Source of the DNA: Eledone cirrhosa
Taxonomy: Eukaryota
NCBI GenBank assembly: GCA_964016885.1
Contig: OZ024740.1
Span: 327,484,001 to 327,548,000 of the forward strand
Length of the DNA: 64,000 nt
Reading direction: 5' to 3'
Shown: piece by piece, positions 43,740 to 55,737 of the stretch
Layout: every line of letters starts with the position of its first letter
How positions within the stretch are numbered: the first letter of the stretch is position 1
Notes under the pieces: model-generated
Told to the model about the DNA's origin: nothing
Databases searched by the model: none
The model's input: only the letters and a program-made list of their open reading frames with translations
Program-made: the position numbers and the translations under genes

Positions 43740-43831
43740 TAGAATTATATTCCACAACCTTTAACATCGCCTCACAATCTTACGAGACTAGGCTTAAAGC
43801 AACTGCCATTTCGACTTCGATGCTATTGCCA

Positions 43832-44018
43832 TTGGATTGGCAGTGTCAGTAGAGGGTCGGACGCCATGCTTTGACGCATAGAGTTACGGCCCTTGCCATT
43901 CTGAGTTCAAATCCCGCCAAGGTTAACTTTGCCTTTCATCCTTAGGGGTCGATAAAATAAAGTACCAGTAATACACTGGTTAATTGCTGGCCTTGTGCCA
44001 ACAGTAGAAACAATTATT
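43832..44018 (+). mobile_element. SINE
   Basis: Full copy. Confidence 0.88.
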
Positions 44019-44809
44019 CACGGTGGCTGTCATTATAAAACTTACCAAATTGGTGCTAACAGTCATATAAAATCCCTCTCTCTTACTATCTTTCTCTCTG
44101 TGTTTGTATGTATATATATATATACACACCCATACACGTGTGTGGGTGTGTGTATATATATATATACATACACCCACACACACGTGTGTGTATGTGTATA
44201 AAGGCTGTGAAATAATATACGATATACATCCAGGCAATGTTAAAAGTAGTGAAATTATATATATATACATATATATATATATATTGTTATATTTGGGGAG
44301 GGTCATATTTGCGTAATATTGCCAGAATTAATAACAGAACACACTCACTGTTTGGTTGGTTTTCGCTTCTCGCTGTCTTTTATATATACATATCTGCGAT
44401 CTAACTTACTCGGTCCTCAATGTTGCCATTGACTGACCAGCGGTCAAAAATAATACAGATACAATATAGACAAACACATATATATATAGTTTACATAATT
44501 TACATAAATCTTTCGTTGCACATCTGCAACATCGTCAGTGGTGTTATATTCATTGTTCCTCCTGTTGTGTTGTATGTTTACGCCATTTTTTTGTTCAGTC
44601 TGTCTATATATTTATTTATTTATTTGCTTGTTTGTTTATCTTATTTTATTTTGTCTTCTCTGCGCATGCGTTTGCGTGTGTGTATAGTGTTATGTGTGAT
44701 GTGTGACTAGTGTGTATAGTGTTGTGTCTGCTGGGTGACTAGTGTGTGTTTATGTGCTTGTGTATGTATTTATTTATCTTATTTTATTTTATTTAATTTA
44801 CTTATTTAT

Positions 44810-47350
44810 TTATACTTCTCTTAGGTCAGTGTTGTTTGTTTGGGTGTTGTTGTTGTTCCACTCATTCTTTCTGTTTAGCTTTGGTCTTCTAATTTCTATT
44901 TCACTGGCCTCTCTGATTCGCCTATCTGCTGGGTCATTCCTATGTTTAGATATTATTCTAATTTCTATGTTGTCTATGTTACCGTCATGTTGTTGTCTAG
45001 CATGTTCGTATAGTACTGACCCGTTATTTCGTCCTTTTAGTTCCCCCCAGTGTTGGTCTATCCTTTCACCTATGCTACGAGCTGTCTCACCTATGTATGT
45101 TGTTGTCGTGTTTCTGCAAGTACCCTCTGTACATCTTATGCTATAGACTACGTTTCTAGTTTTACAGTTTATCCGGGGGTTCACCTTACATATGATACAT
45201 TTCCTATTGGTACAGTGGGTTTTCTTAAAAGGGTAGGTTTTGCTGATCAGGGATTTTATGGTGGTTCCTGGCTTTTCTACCACCTTTATTTTTAAGTGGG
45301 TCTTTCTCAGGCCTTTTCTACACTGGTTAGCTAATTTCCCTCCAGGGGTGGCGTCCACAAACATGACACTCTGATATCTCTGGTTGTCGTACCATGATGT
45401 GGCCTTCCCTATCTTATGTCTAGCCCTATCTAAGCTATTCCATGATTTGCTCCTGTATAGTGGGCAAATTCCTTTCATGTCCAGTTCTATGAGGGTCTTA
45501 TACTTTTCCATGGCTCCTTCGTATACTCTGACTCTGTCTCTTTGGTTGTAGCCAGAGAACTGCATGCGGTTGATGAAGTGTTGGATGTGTCCTTCCATTT
45601 CTGTTGGGTCGCACATGCTGGACACATTCTTCATCACTCGTACCAAATCTGCGATCAGAATATTAAACTTAGCACTACTGGACATTGCTGAGTTTTTGAG
45701 TATCAGGTATTTGGAGGCCATGGGTTTAGCATAGTGTGAGTGGAGAATTTGGGCTCTCTCGTCTATAGTGTTAATCCAGAGTTCTGTGTCTAATACAGGT
45801 AGTCTATTGTTAGGGTGTTTGGAAGGGAAGTCTATAGTTACAGTTATACTCTGGTGTATGGAATTAGCTATCTGCTGGATGCTTTCCATCGTGCTACGTT
45901 CTAAATCAAACTTGTTAGTGCTCTCTAGTGGGGGTGTTCTTATAACTATATTGATATCGTCTACATAACGAGAGTACATGATGAGGTCTATGGAGCTTTC
46001 ATTAAGGAGATCTTTAAGTCTCCTTTCCCACCATACCATGAAAAGGTTGGCAACATCACCAGCTATGCTGACGCCGATGGCTGCTCCCTCATTTTGGGTG
46101 TAGATTTTCTCATTGAACTTAAATATGTGGCCCTTTAGGGTAGTTTTGATACTAGCCCCTATTGCATGTGCGACCATTTTTCTTACCTGATCAGTGTTTT
46201 GGGGGGTCCGTATAGATTTGGTCCACCCAATCCACCTTCCTATGGGAGTCTTTTTAGCCATTGAGGTTATGGTGGGGGGTCTACCTCTTATAGGTCTACT
46301 AGGGCAGAAACATCTAAGGTCATGGCTGTCTAGGTAGTCAGTGTCGTAGGTAAGTCTAAGTAGGAGGCCCAGTTCGTCTGTGTCGACGTCGCAGAACTCC
46401 ACCTCACTCTCAATGATCATCTCCACACATCTTTTCACAGCAAAATCAATGTTAATGGATGGGTACAGTGACACCACATCCATGCTGCCTATTATGCAGT
46501 TGGATAGGCTCCTGTTTTTGTTGCACTCACTGATTCTGCTGAGGAGGTCCTCTGTAATTTCACATACATCTGGGGACATCTTGATTATGGGGCGTATAAC
46601 CATTGAGAGGAAGTAGGAGATCCTGTAGTTGCTAGCTATATTAGCTCCGCATACGGGTCTTGTTGGTGGTCCTGTTGTCGGGTCGTCGACTGTCTTGTGG
46701 TCTTTGCGGAGCCCATACAAGGGTGGTATGCCATTGTTAGACGCCTGGAAGTTGTTGGCAGTGCGTCTGCTTGGCTTTAGGATGTCAGTCCACATCATCA
46801 TGTGAGCGTTGAGGATTTTTTCTCTCCCATCGTGTGTTAGTTGTGCAACTTCGCTCGTGTTGGTGATGTGGGGTTGCATTGCCTCGATGTAGTTCGGCAT
46901 GCTATCTATTGACATCCTACCAGACTTATCTGTGGGTAGACACACTACCTCACCATCCCTTGTGCGCTGCTTGAGGCTAACCAAGCCTTCTACAGGTTTT
47001 ATCCCAAGTTGTTGGGCCTCTGGTCTGCTCTGTCTCATAGTGTACCTGTCTACTACTTGTCTAATCTTATTTCTAGCTATGGTGAACTGTGCCTCCGTCT
47101 CGTCATCTATTTGCTGTGGTATGCAAACTCTTTTATTAAAGGGTAACCTCGTAGGATAGATATTACCCATCTTATATGTTTTGTCAGCTGGGTTGAAAAA
47201 TAGTTTCTCTAAGGGGTTGTCGTTATTTCTATCGTCATAGTTGTGTGTGTTGTTATTATTGTTATCATGGTGGTTGTTGTTGTTTCTATCATTAGCATTA
47301 ATATTATTATTGTTATGATTGCTAGATGTATTGTTGTTTACTTCACCGTT
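44810..47350 (-). CDS. Inverted, N-terminally truncated copy of the Penelope-like ORF with intact RT and complete GIY-YIG C-terminus
   Basis: This is the same protein from the Asn tract onward. The run is G6 here and stays in frame through HARQQH...IREASEI..RRPKLN. Confidence 0.88.
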   Translation of the reverse strand, partial: NGEVNNNTSSNHNNNNINANDRNNNNHHDNNNNNTHNYDDRNNDNPLEKLFFNPADKTYKMGNIYPTRLPFNKRVCIPQQIDDETEAQFTIARNKIRQVVDRYTMRQSRPEAQQLGIKPVEGLVSLKQRTRDGEVVCLPTDKSGRMSIDSMPNYIEAMQPHITNTSEVAQLTHDGREKILNAHMMMWTDILKPSRRTANNFQASNNGIPPLYGLRKDHKTVDDPTTGPPTRPVCGANIASNYRISYFLSMVIRPIIKMSPDVCEITEDLLSRISECNKNRSLSNCIIGSMDVVSLYPSINIDFAVKRCVEMIIESEVEFCDVDTDELGLLLRLTYDTDYLDSHDLRCFCPSRPIRGRPPTITSMAKKTPIGRWIGWTKSIRTPQNTDQVRKMVAHAIGASIKTTLKGHIFKFNEKIYTQNEGAAIGVSIAGDVANLFMVWWERRLKDLLNESSIDLIMYSRYVDDINIVIRTPPLESTNKFDLERSTMESIQQIANSIHQSITVTIDFPSKHPNNRLPVLDTELWINTIDERAQILHSHYAKPMASKYLILKNSAMSSSAKFNILIADLVRVMKNVSSMCDPTEMEGHIQHFINRMQFSGYNQRDRVRVYEGAMEKYKTLIELDMKGICPLYRSKSWNSLDRARHKIGKATSWYDNQRYQSVMFVDATPGGKLANQCRKGLRKTHLKIKVVEKPGTTIKSLISKTYPFKKTHCTNRKCIICKVNPRINCKTRNVVYSIRCTEGTCRNTTTTYIGETARSIGERIDQHWGELKGRNNGSVLYEHARQQHDGNIDNIEIRIISKHRNDPADRRIREASEIEIRRPKLNRKNEWNNNNTQTNNTDLREV

Positions 47351-47352
47351 AT

Positions 47353-50300
47353 ATGACCCTCCCCAAATATAACAATATCTGTTTCGACACACGATTTCAT
47401 ATAAAAAACCTCGCAAAACTAATTCATCGCCGCTATGGCATTAGCTTGTGCCAAGCTGAAAGGTTATTGAAAGACACTGTTTTCTGTTATATAAAAACTA
47501 CAATAACAACAGAACAAATCCGCTTCTTAAAACACTGTGTTTCCTCCAAAACATACACAACAAACATATCAAAACAAGTAAATAATTTATTATTGAACAA
47601 AACACAAGCTGAACGGCTAAAACACACAATAACAGTTAATATGAAAAGAACAACATACACAAAAGTCAACGCACTCTACAGACAAAAACGCATCAACGGT
47701 AAGGAAATCCGAAATCTCATCACAGCAAACGAGAGAGATGACTTCATGAGCGTCATCCGACGCGAAACGAAATATGCTCAAAACGAATGCTGTAGGCATT
47801 TCAAGAAGAAATTAGAATGGATGAATAAGAAAAAACTACAAGAAAGGAAAATCGAATATTCTCAAAAATACCCAGATAACATCGACAACATCCGTATGAG
47901 TGATGTAAAACTACCGGAAGAATTTACCAATGACCACACAGTAAATATCTATGGGAACACTTTAATCAGTGAACAAGAACAACAAATCCTAAAGTTACCA
48001 CCAAAATTTGCCATCTACAAAAAGATTAACCCTATGGAATGCAAAACGGAGCTGGAAAAGTGTTTCACAAAAATACGTTGGAATGCAAAGGTAAACAACA
48101 ACAACAATAATAACGGTAGTAGAAATATAAACAATAACTCTGGGTATAGAAATAACAGCCATAACCATAACAATGGCAGGAAAGTGAGAAATAGTGATAA
48201 TGGTAATAATACTAGCGATAGACAGAACAACAACAACCACAATAATAATAATAATAGAAACGTTAACCACAGACACAGCAACAGTGACCACAGTAGTAAT
48301 AACGGTAACAATACGAACAACAACAACAACAATAACCACAGTGGTAATAATGGAAATAGTACATGTAGCAACATCAACAAAAACAAGAAACATAATAATA
48401 GTAACAACCACAATGGTAGAAATAGCAGTAACAACAACAACAATAACGGTGAAGTAAACAACAATACATCTAGCAATCATAACAATAATAATATTAATGC
48501 TAATGATAGAAACAACAACAACCACCATGATAACAATAATAACAACACACACAACTATGACGATAGAAATAACGACAACCCCTTAGAGAAACTATTTTTC
48601 AACCCAGCTGACAAAACATATAAGATGGGTAATATCTATCCTACGAGGTTACCCTTTAATAAAAGAGTTTGCATACCACAGCAAATAGATGACGAGACGG
48701 AGGCACAGTTCACCATAGCTAGAAATAAGATTAGACAAGTAGTAGACAGGTACACTATGAGACAGAGCAGACCAGAGGCCCAACAACTTGGGATAAAACC
48801 TGTAGAAGGCTTGGTTAGCCTCAAGCAGCGCACAAGGGATGGTGAGGTAGTGTGTCTACCCACAGATAAGTCTGGTAGGATGTCAATAGATAGCATGCCG
48901 AACTACATCGAGGCAATGCAACCCCACATCACCAACACGAGCGAAGTTGCACAACTAACACACGATGGGAGAGAAAAAATCCTCAACGCTCACATGATGA
49001 TGTGGACTGACATCCTAAAGCCAAGCAGACGCACTGCCAACAACTTCCAGGCGTCTAACAATGGCATACCACCCTTGTATGGGCTCCGCAAAGACCACAA
49101 GACAGTCGACGACCCGACAACAGGACCACCAACAAGACCCGTATGCGGAGCTAATATAGCTAGCAACTACAGGATCTCCTACTTCCTCTCAATGGTTATA
49201 CGCCCCATAATCAAGATGTCCCCAGATGTATGTGAAATTACAGAGGACCTCCTCAGCAGAATCAGTGAGTGCAACAAAAACAGGAGCCTATCCAACTGCA
49301 TAATAGGCAGCATGGATGTGGTGTCACTGTACCCATCCATTAACATTGATTTTGCTGTGAAAAGATGTGTGGAGATGATCATTGAGAGTGAGGTGGAGTT
49401 CTGCGACGTCGACACAGACGAACTGGGCCTCCTACTTAGACTTACCTACGACACTGACTACCTAGACAGCCATGACCTTAGATGTTTCTGCCCTAGTAGA
49501 CCTATAAGAGGTAGACCCCCCACCATAACCTCAATGGCTAAAAAGACTCCCATAGGAAGGTGGATTGGGTGGACCAAAGCTATACGGACCCCCCAAAGCA
49601 CTGATCAGGTAAGAAAAATGGTCGCACATGCAATAGGGGCTAGTATCAAAACTACCCTAAAGGGCCACATATTTAAGTTCAATGAGAAAATCTACACCCA
49701 AAATGAGGGAGCAGCCATCGGCGTCAGCATAGCTGGTGATGTTGCCAACCTTTTCATGGTATGGTGGGAAAGGAGACTTAAAGATCTCCTTAATGAAAGC
49801 TCCATAGACCTCATCATGTACTCTCGTTATGTAGACGATATCAATATAGTTATAAGAACACCCCCACTAGAGAGCACTAACAAGTTTGATTTAGAACGTA
49901 GCACGATGGAAAGCATCCAGCAGATAGCTAATTCCATACACCAGAGTATAACTGTAACTATAGACTTCCCTTCCAAACACCCTAACAATAGACTACCTGT
50001 ATTAGACACAGAACTCTGGATTAACACTATAGACGAGAGAGCCCAAATTCTCCACTCACACTATGCTAAACCCATGGCCTCCAAATACCTGATACTCAAA
50101 AACTCAGCAATGTCCAGTAGTGCTAAGTTTAATATTCTGATCGCAGATTTGGTACGAGTGATGAAGAATGTGTCCAGCATGTGCGACCCAACAGAAATGG
50201 AAGGACACATCCAACACTTCATCAACCGCATGCAGTTCTCTGGTTACAACCAAAGAGACAGAGTCAGAGTATACGAAGGAGCCATGGAAAAGTATAAGAC

Positions 50301-50986
50301 CCTCATAGAACTGGACATGAAAGGAATTTGCCCACTATACAGGAGCAAATCATGGAATAGCTTAGATAGGGCTAGACATAAGATAGGGAAGGCCACATCA
50401 TGGTACGACAACCAGAGATATCAGAGTGTCATGTTTGTGGACGCCACCCCTGGAGGGAAATTAGCTAACCAGTGTAGAAAGGCCCTGAGAAAGACCCACT
50501 TAAAAATAAAGGTGGTAGAAAAGCCAGGAACCACCATAAAATCCCTGATCAGCAAAACCTACCCTTTTAAAAAAACCCACTGTACCAATAGGAAATGTAT
50601 CATATGTAAGGTGAACCCCCGGATAAACTGTAAAACTAGAAACGTAGTCTATAGCATAAGATGTACAGAGGGTACTTGCAGAAACACGACAACAACATAC
50701 ATAGGTGAGACAGCTCGTAGCATAGGTGAAAGGATAGACCAACACTGGGGGGGAACTAAAAGGACGAAAAAACGGGTCAGTACTATACGAACATGCTAGA
50801 CAACAACATGACGGTAACATAGACAACATAGAAATTAGAATAATATCTAAACATAGGAATGACCCAGCAGATAGGCAAATCAGAGAGGCCAGTGAAATAG
50901 AAATTAGAAGACCAAAGCTAAACAGAAAGAATGAGTGGAACAACAACAACACCCAAACAAACAACACTGACCTAAGAGAAGTATAA
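47353..50986 (+). CDS. Penelope-like RT-GIY-YIG polyprotein; +1 frameshift in a G7 run (50747-50753) truncates the endonuclease at 50799
   Basis: Motifs include PTDKSG, LYGLRKDHK, RPV, MDVVSLYPSI, GAAIG, RYVDD (YVDD at 49828-49839), a Cys linker CxxxxCxxC and VVYSIRC...YIGET. The likely start is MTLPKY at 47353. An Asn-rich tract spans about 48094-48575. Confidence 0.9.
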
Positions 50987-51712
50987 ATAAATAAGTAAAT
51001 TAAATTAAATAAAATAAGATAAATAAATACATACACAAGCACATAAACACACACTAGTCACCCAGCAGACACAACACTATACACACTAGTCACACATCAC
51101 ACATAACACTATACACACACGCAAACGCATGCGCAGAGAAGACAAAATAAAATAAGATAAACAAACAAGCAAATAAATAAATAAATATATAGACAGACTG
51201 AACAAAAAAATGGCGTAGACATACAACACAACAGGAGGAACAATGAATATAACACCACTGACGATGTTGCAGATGTGCAACGAAAGATTTATGTAAATTA
51301 TGTAAACTATATATATATGTGTTTGTCTATATTGTATCTGTATTATTTTTGACCGCCGGTCAGTCAATGGCAACATTGAGGACCGAGTAAGTTAGATCGC
51401 AGATATGTATATATAAAAGACAGCGAGAAGCGAAAACCAACCAAAGAGTGAGTGTGTTCTGTTATTAATTCTGGCAATATTACGCAAATATGACCCTCCC
51501 CAAATATAACAATATCTGTTTCGACACACGATTTCATATAAAAAACCTCGCAAAACTAATTCATCGCCGCTATATATATATATATATATGAATATAGACA
51601 TAGAATATTCGAAAATATTCTGTATGTTTATAATAAACATTTTGAAGACCTAATCGCTATAGAATAGAATACGTCACGTATTACAATTAGATTCTCGATA
51701 AAAGCAAGGGAA

Positions 51713-51755
51713 GTAATCTACGCGTTTCATTCTTATTAGAAATCTTCAGGACTAC
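51713..51755 (-). ncRNA. Same hammerhead on the minus strand in the left array block (8 copies at +310 steps)
   Basis: gtaatctacgcgtttcattcttattagaaatcttcaggactac is the exact reverse complement of 54207-54249. Confidence 0.88.
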
Positions 51756-54206
51756 ATATCCAGTGCTTTTATCGAGAATGACACAGCTAGAGACTTATAG
51801 AATACTTAGCTGTGTACATGAACTGGTTTGAAAGAGCGGTTGCCGGTCCGGCAGAAATTAGAAATTGGAATAAATGCTCTGAAATAGCGATATATATGTG
51901 AATATAGACATAGAATATTCGAAAATATTCTGTATGTTTATAATAAACATTTTGAAGACCTAATCGCTATAGAATAGAATACGTCACGTATTACAATTAG
52001 ATTCTCGATAAAAGCAAGGGAAGTAATCTACGCGTTTCATTCTTATTAGAAATCTTCAGGACTACATATCCAGTGCTTTTATCGAGAATGACACAGCTAG
52101 AGACTTATAGAATACTTAGCTGTGTACATGAACTGGTTTGAAAGAGCGGTTGCCGGTCCGGCAGAAATTAGAAATTGGAATAAATGCTCTGAAATAGCGA
52201 TATATATGTGAATATAGACATAGAATATTCGAAAATATTCTGTATGTTTATAATAAACATTTTGAAGACCTAATCGCTATAGAATAGAATACGTCACGTA
52301 TTACAATTAGATTCTCGATAAAAGCAAGGGAAGTAATCTACGCGTTTCATTCTTATTAGAAATCTTCAGGACTACATATCCAGTGCTTTTATCGAGAATG
52401 ACACAGCTAGAGACTTATAGAATACTTAGCTGTGTACATGAACTGGTTTGAAAGAGCGGTTGCCGGTCCGGCAGAAATTAGAAATTGGAATAAATGCTCT
52501 GAAATAGCGATATATATGTGAATATAGACATAGAATATTCGAAAATATTCTGTATGTTTATAATAAACATTTTGAAGACCTAATCGCTATAGAATAGAAT
52601 ACGTCACGTATTACAATTAGATTCTAGATAAAAGCAAGGGAAGTAATCTACGCGTTTCATTCTTATTAGAAATCTTCAGGACTACATATCCAGTGCTTTT
52701 ATCGAGAATGACACAGCTAGAGACTTATAGAATACTTAGCTGTGTACATGAACTGGTTTGAAAGAGCGGTTGCCGGTCCGGCAGAAATTAGAAATTGGAA
52801 TAAATGCTCTGAAATAGCGATATATATGTGAATATAGACATAGAATATTCGAAAATATTCTGTATGTTTATAATAAACATTTTGAAGACCTAATCGCTAT
52901 AGAATAGAATACGTCACGTATTACAATTAGATTCTCGATAAAAGCAAGGGAAGTAATCTACGCGTTTCATTCTTATTAGAAATCTTCAGGACTACATATC
53001 CAGTGCTTTTATCGAGAATGACACAGCTAGAGACTTATAGAATACTTAGCTGTGTACATGAACTGGTTTGAAAGAGCGGTTGCCGGTCCGGCAGAAATTA
53101 GAAATTGGAATAAATGCTCTGAAATAGCGATATATATGTGAATATAGACATAGAATATTCGAAAATATTCTGTATGTTTATAATAAACATTTTGAAGACC
53201 TAATCGCTATAGAATAGAATACGTCACGTATTACAATTAGATTCTCGATAAAAGCAAGGGAAGTAATCTACGCGTTTCATTCTTATTAGAAATCTTCAGG
53301 ACTACATATCCAGTGCTTTTATCGAGAATGACACAGCTAGAGACTTATAGAATACTTAGCTGTGTACATGAACTGGTTTGAAAGAGCGGTTGCCGGTCCG
53401 GCAGAAATTAGAAATTGGAATAAATGCTCTGAAATAGCGATATATATGTGAATATAGACATAGAATATTCGAAAATATTCTGTATGTTTATAATAAACAT
53501 TTTGAAGACCTAATCGCTATAGAATAGAATACGTCACGTATTACAATTAGATTCTCGATAAAAGCAAGGGAAGTAATCTACGCGTTTCATTCTTATTAGA
53601 AATCTTCAGGACTACATATCCAGTGCTTTTATCGAGAATGACACAGCTAGAGACTTATAGAATACTTAGCTGTGTACATGAACTGGTTTGAAAGAGCGGT
53701 TGCCGGTCCGGCAGAAATTAGAAATTGGAATAAATGCTCTGAAATAGCGATATATATGTGAATATAGACATAGAATATTCGAAAATATTCTGTATGTTTA
53801 TAATAAACATTTTGAAGACCTAATCGCTATAGAATAGAATACGTCACGTATTACAATTAGATTCTCGATAAAAGCAAGGGAAGTAATCTACGCGTTTCAT
53901 TCTTATTAGAAATCTTCAGGACTACATATCCAGTGCTTTTATCGAGAATGACACAGCTAGAGACTTATAGAATACTTAGCTGTGTACATGAACTGGTTTG
54001 AAAGAGCGGTTGCCGGTCCGGCAGAAATTAGAAATTGGAATAAATGCTCTGAAATAGCGATCACATATATATCGCTATTTCAGAGCATTTATTCCAATTT
54101 CTAATTTCTGCCGGACCGGCAACCGCTCTTTCAAACCAGTTCATGTACACAGCTAAGTATTCTATAAGTCTCTAGCTGTGTCATTCTCGATAAAAGCACT
54201 GGATAT

Positions 54207-54249
54207 GTAGTCCTGAAGATTTCTAATAAGAATGAAACGCGTAGATTAC
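54207..54249 (+). ncRNA. Type I hammerhead ribozyme of the retrozyme unit (repeats at +310 steps to 55447-55489)
   Basis: GTAGTC-CTGAAGA-tTTCT aata AGAAt-GAAA-CGC-GTA-GATTAC. Stem I is GTAGTC/GATTAC, the core is CUGANGA/GAAA, the minimal stem III ACGCGT is palindromic, and the cleavage triplet is GUA. Confidence 0.88.
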
Positions 54250-55642
54250 TTCCCTTGCTTTTATCGAGAATCTAATTGTAATACGTGACGTATTCTATTC
54301 TATAGCGATTAGGTCTTCAAAATGTTTATTATAAACATACAGAATATTTTCGAATATTCTATGTCTATATTCACATATATATCGCTATTTCAGAGCATTT
54401 ATTCCAATTTCTAATTTCTGCCGGACCGGCAACCGCTCTTTCAAACCAGTTCATGTACACAGCTAAGTATTCTATAAGTCTCTAGCTGTGTCATTCTCGA
54501 TAAAAGCACTGGATATGTAGTCCTGAAGATTTCTAATAAGAATGAAACGCGTAGATTACTTCCCTTGCTTTTATCGAGAATCTAATTGTAATACGTGACG
54601 TATTCTATTCTATAGCGATTAGGTCTTCAAAATGTTTATTATAAACATACAGAATATTTTCGAATATTCTATGTCTATATTCACATATATATCGCTATTT
54701 CAGAGCATTTATTCCAATTTCTAATTTCTGCCGGACCGGCAACCGCTCTTTCAAACCAGTTCATGTACACAGCTAAGTATTCTATAAGTCTCTAGCTGTG
54801 TCATTCTCGATAAAAGCACTGGATATGTAGTCCTGAAGATTTCTAATAAGAATGAAACGCGTAGATTACTTCCCTTGCTTTTATCGAGAATCTAATTGTA
54901 ATACGTGACGTATTCTATTCTATAGCGATTAGGTCTTCAAAATGTTTATTATAAACATACAGAATATTTTCGAATATTCTATGTCTATATTCACATATAT
55001 ATCGCTATTTCAGAGCATTTATTCCAATTTCTAATTTCTGCCGGATCGGCAACCGCTCTTTCAAACCAGTTCATGTACACAGCTAAGTATTCTATAAGTC
55101 TCTAGCTGTGTCATTCTCGATAAAAGCACTGGATATGTAGTCCTGAAGATTTCTAATAAGAATGAAACGCGTAGATTACTTCCCTTGCTTTTATCGAGAA
55201 TCTAATTGTAATACGTGACGTATTCTATTCTATAGCGATTAGGTCTTCAAAATGTTTATTATAAACATACAGAATATTTTCGAATATTCTATGTCTATAT
55301 TCACATATATATCGCTATTTCAGAGCATTTATTCCAATTTCTAATTTCTGCCGGACCGGCAACCGCTCTTTCAAACCAGTTCATGTACACAGCTAAGTAT
55401 TCTATAAGTCTCTAGCTGTGTCATTCTCGATAAAAGCACTGGATATGTAGTCCTGAAGATTTCTAATAAGAATGAAACGCGTAGATTACTTCCCTTGCTT
55501 TTATCGAGAATCTAATTGTAATACGTGACGTATTCTATTCTATAGCGATTAGGTCTTCAAAATGTTTATTATAAACATACAGAATATTTTCGAATATTCT
55601 ATGTCTATATTCACATATATATCGCTATTTCAGAGCATTTAT

Positions 55643-55737
<95 letters not shown>

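Larger units (their letters stand above)
44281..51572. mobile_element. Penelope-like element (Neptune-type): near-full-length + copy (47351-51572) with an inverted 5'-truncated copy (44281-47352)
   Basis: 44281-47352 is the reverse complement of about 48443-51515. An 85-bp direct repeat (47351-47435 = 51488-51572) is the partial pseudo-LTR and contains the ORF start. The ORF encodes RT and GIY-YIG, and both outer ends run into (TA)n. Confidence 0.93.
51591..55648. mobile_element. Non-LTR retrozyme array: 310-bp tandem units each with a minimal type I hammerhead ribozyme; 8 units in one orientation, then 5 plus a partial unit inverted
   Basis: Units start at 51591, 51901, 52211 ... 53761 (period 310). 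The inversion is at 54060/54061, and inverted units start at 54061, 54371, 54681, 54991, 55301 and 55611 (partial). I saw only two variant bases (52626, 55046). There is no ORF, and (TA)n flanks both sides. Confidence 0.9.

Noticed and set aside
47326-47352. ORF-track starts at 47326 (+) and 47416 (-)
   Set aside because: These N-termini read across the inversion junction and are chimeric.
51591-55648. CRISPR array or plain satellite DNA
   Set aside because: There are no unique spacers or cas genes and the context is eukaryotic. The complete hammerhead in each unit argues against an ordinary satellite.
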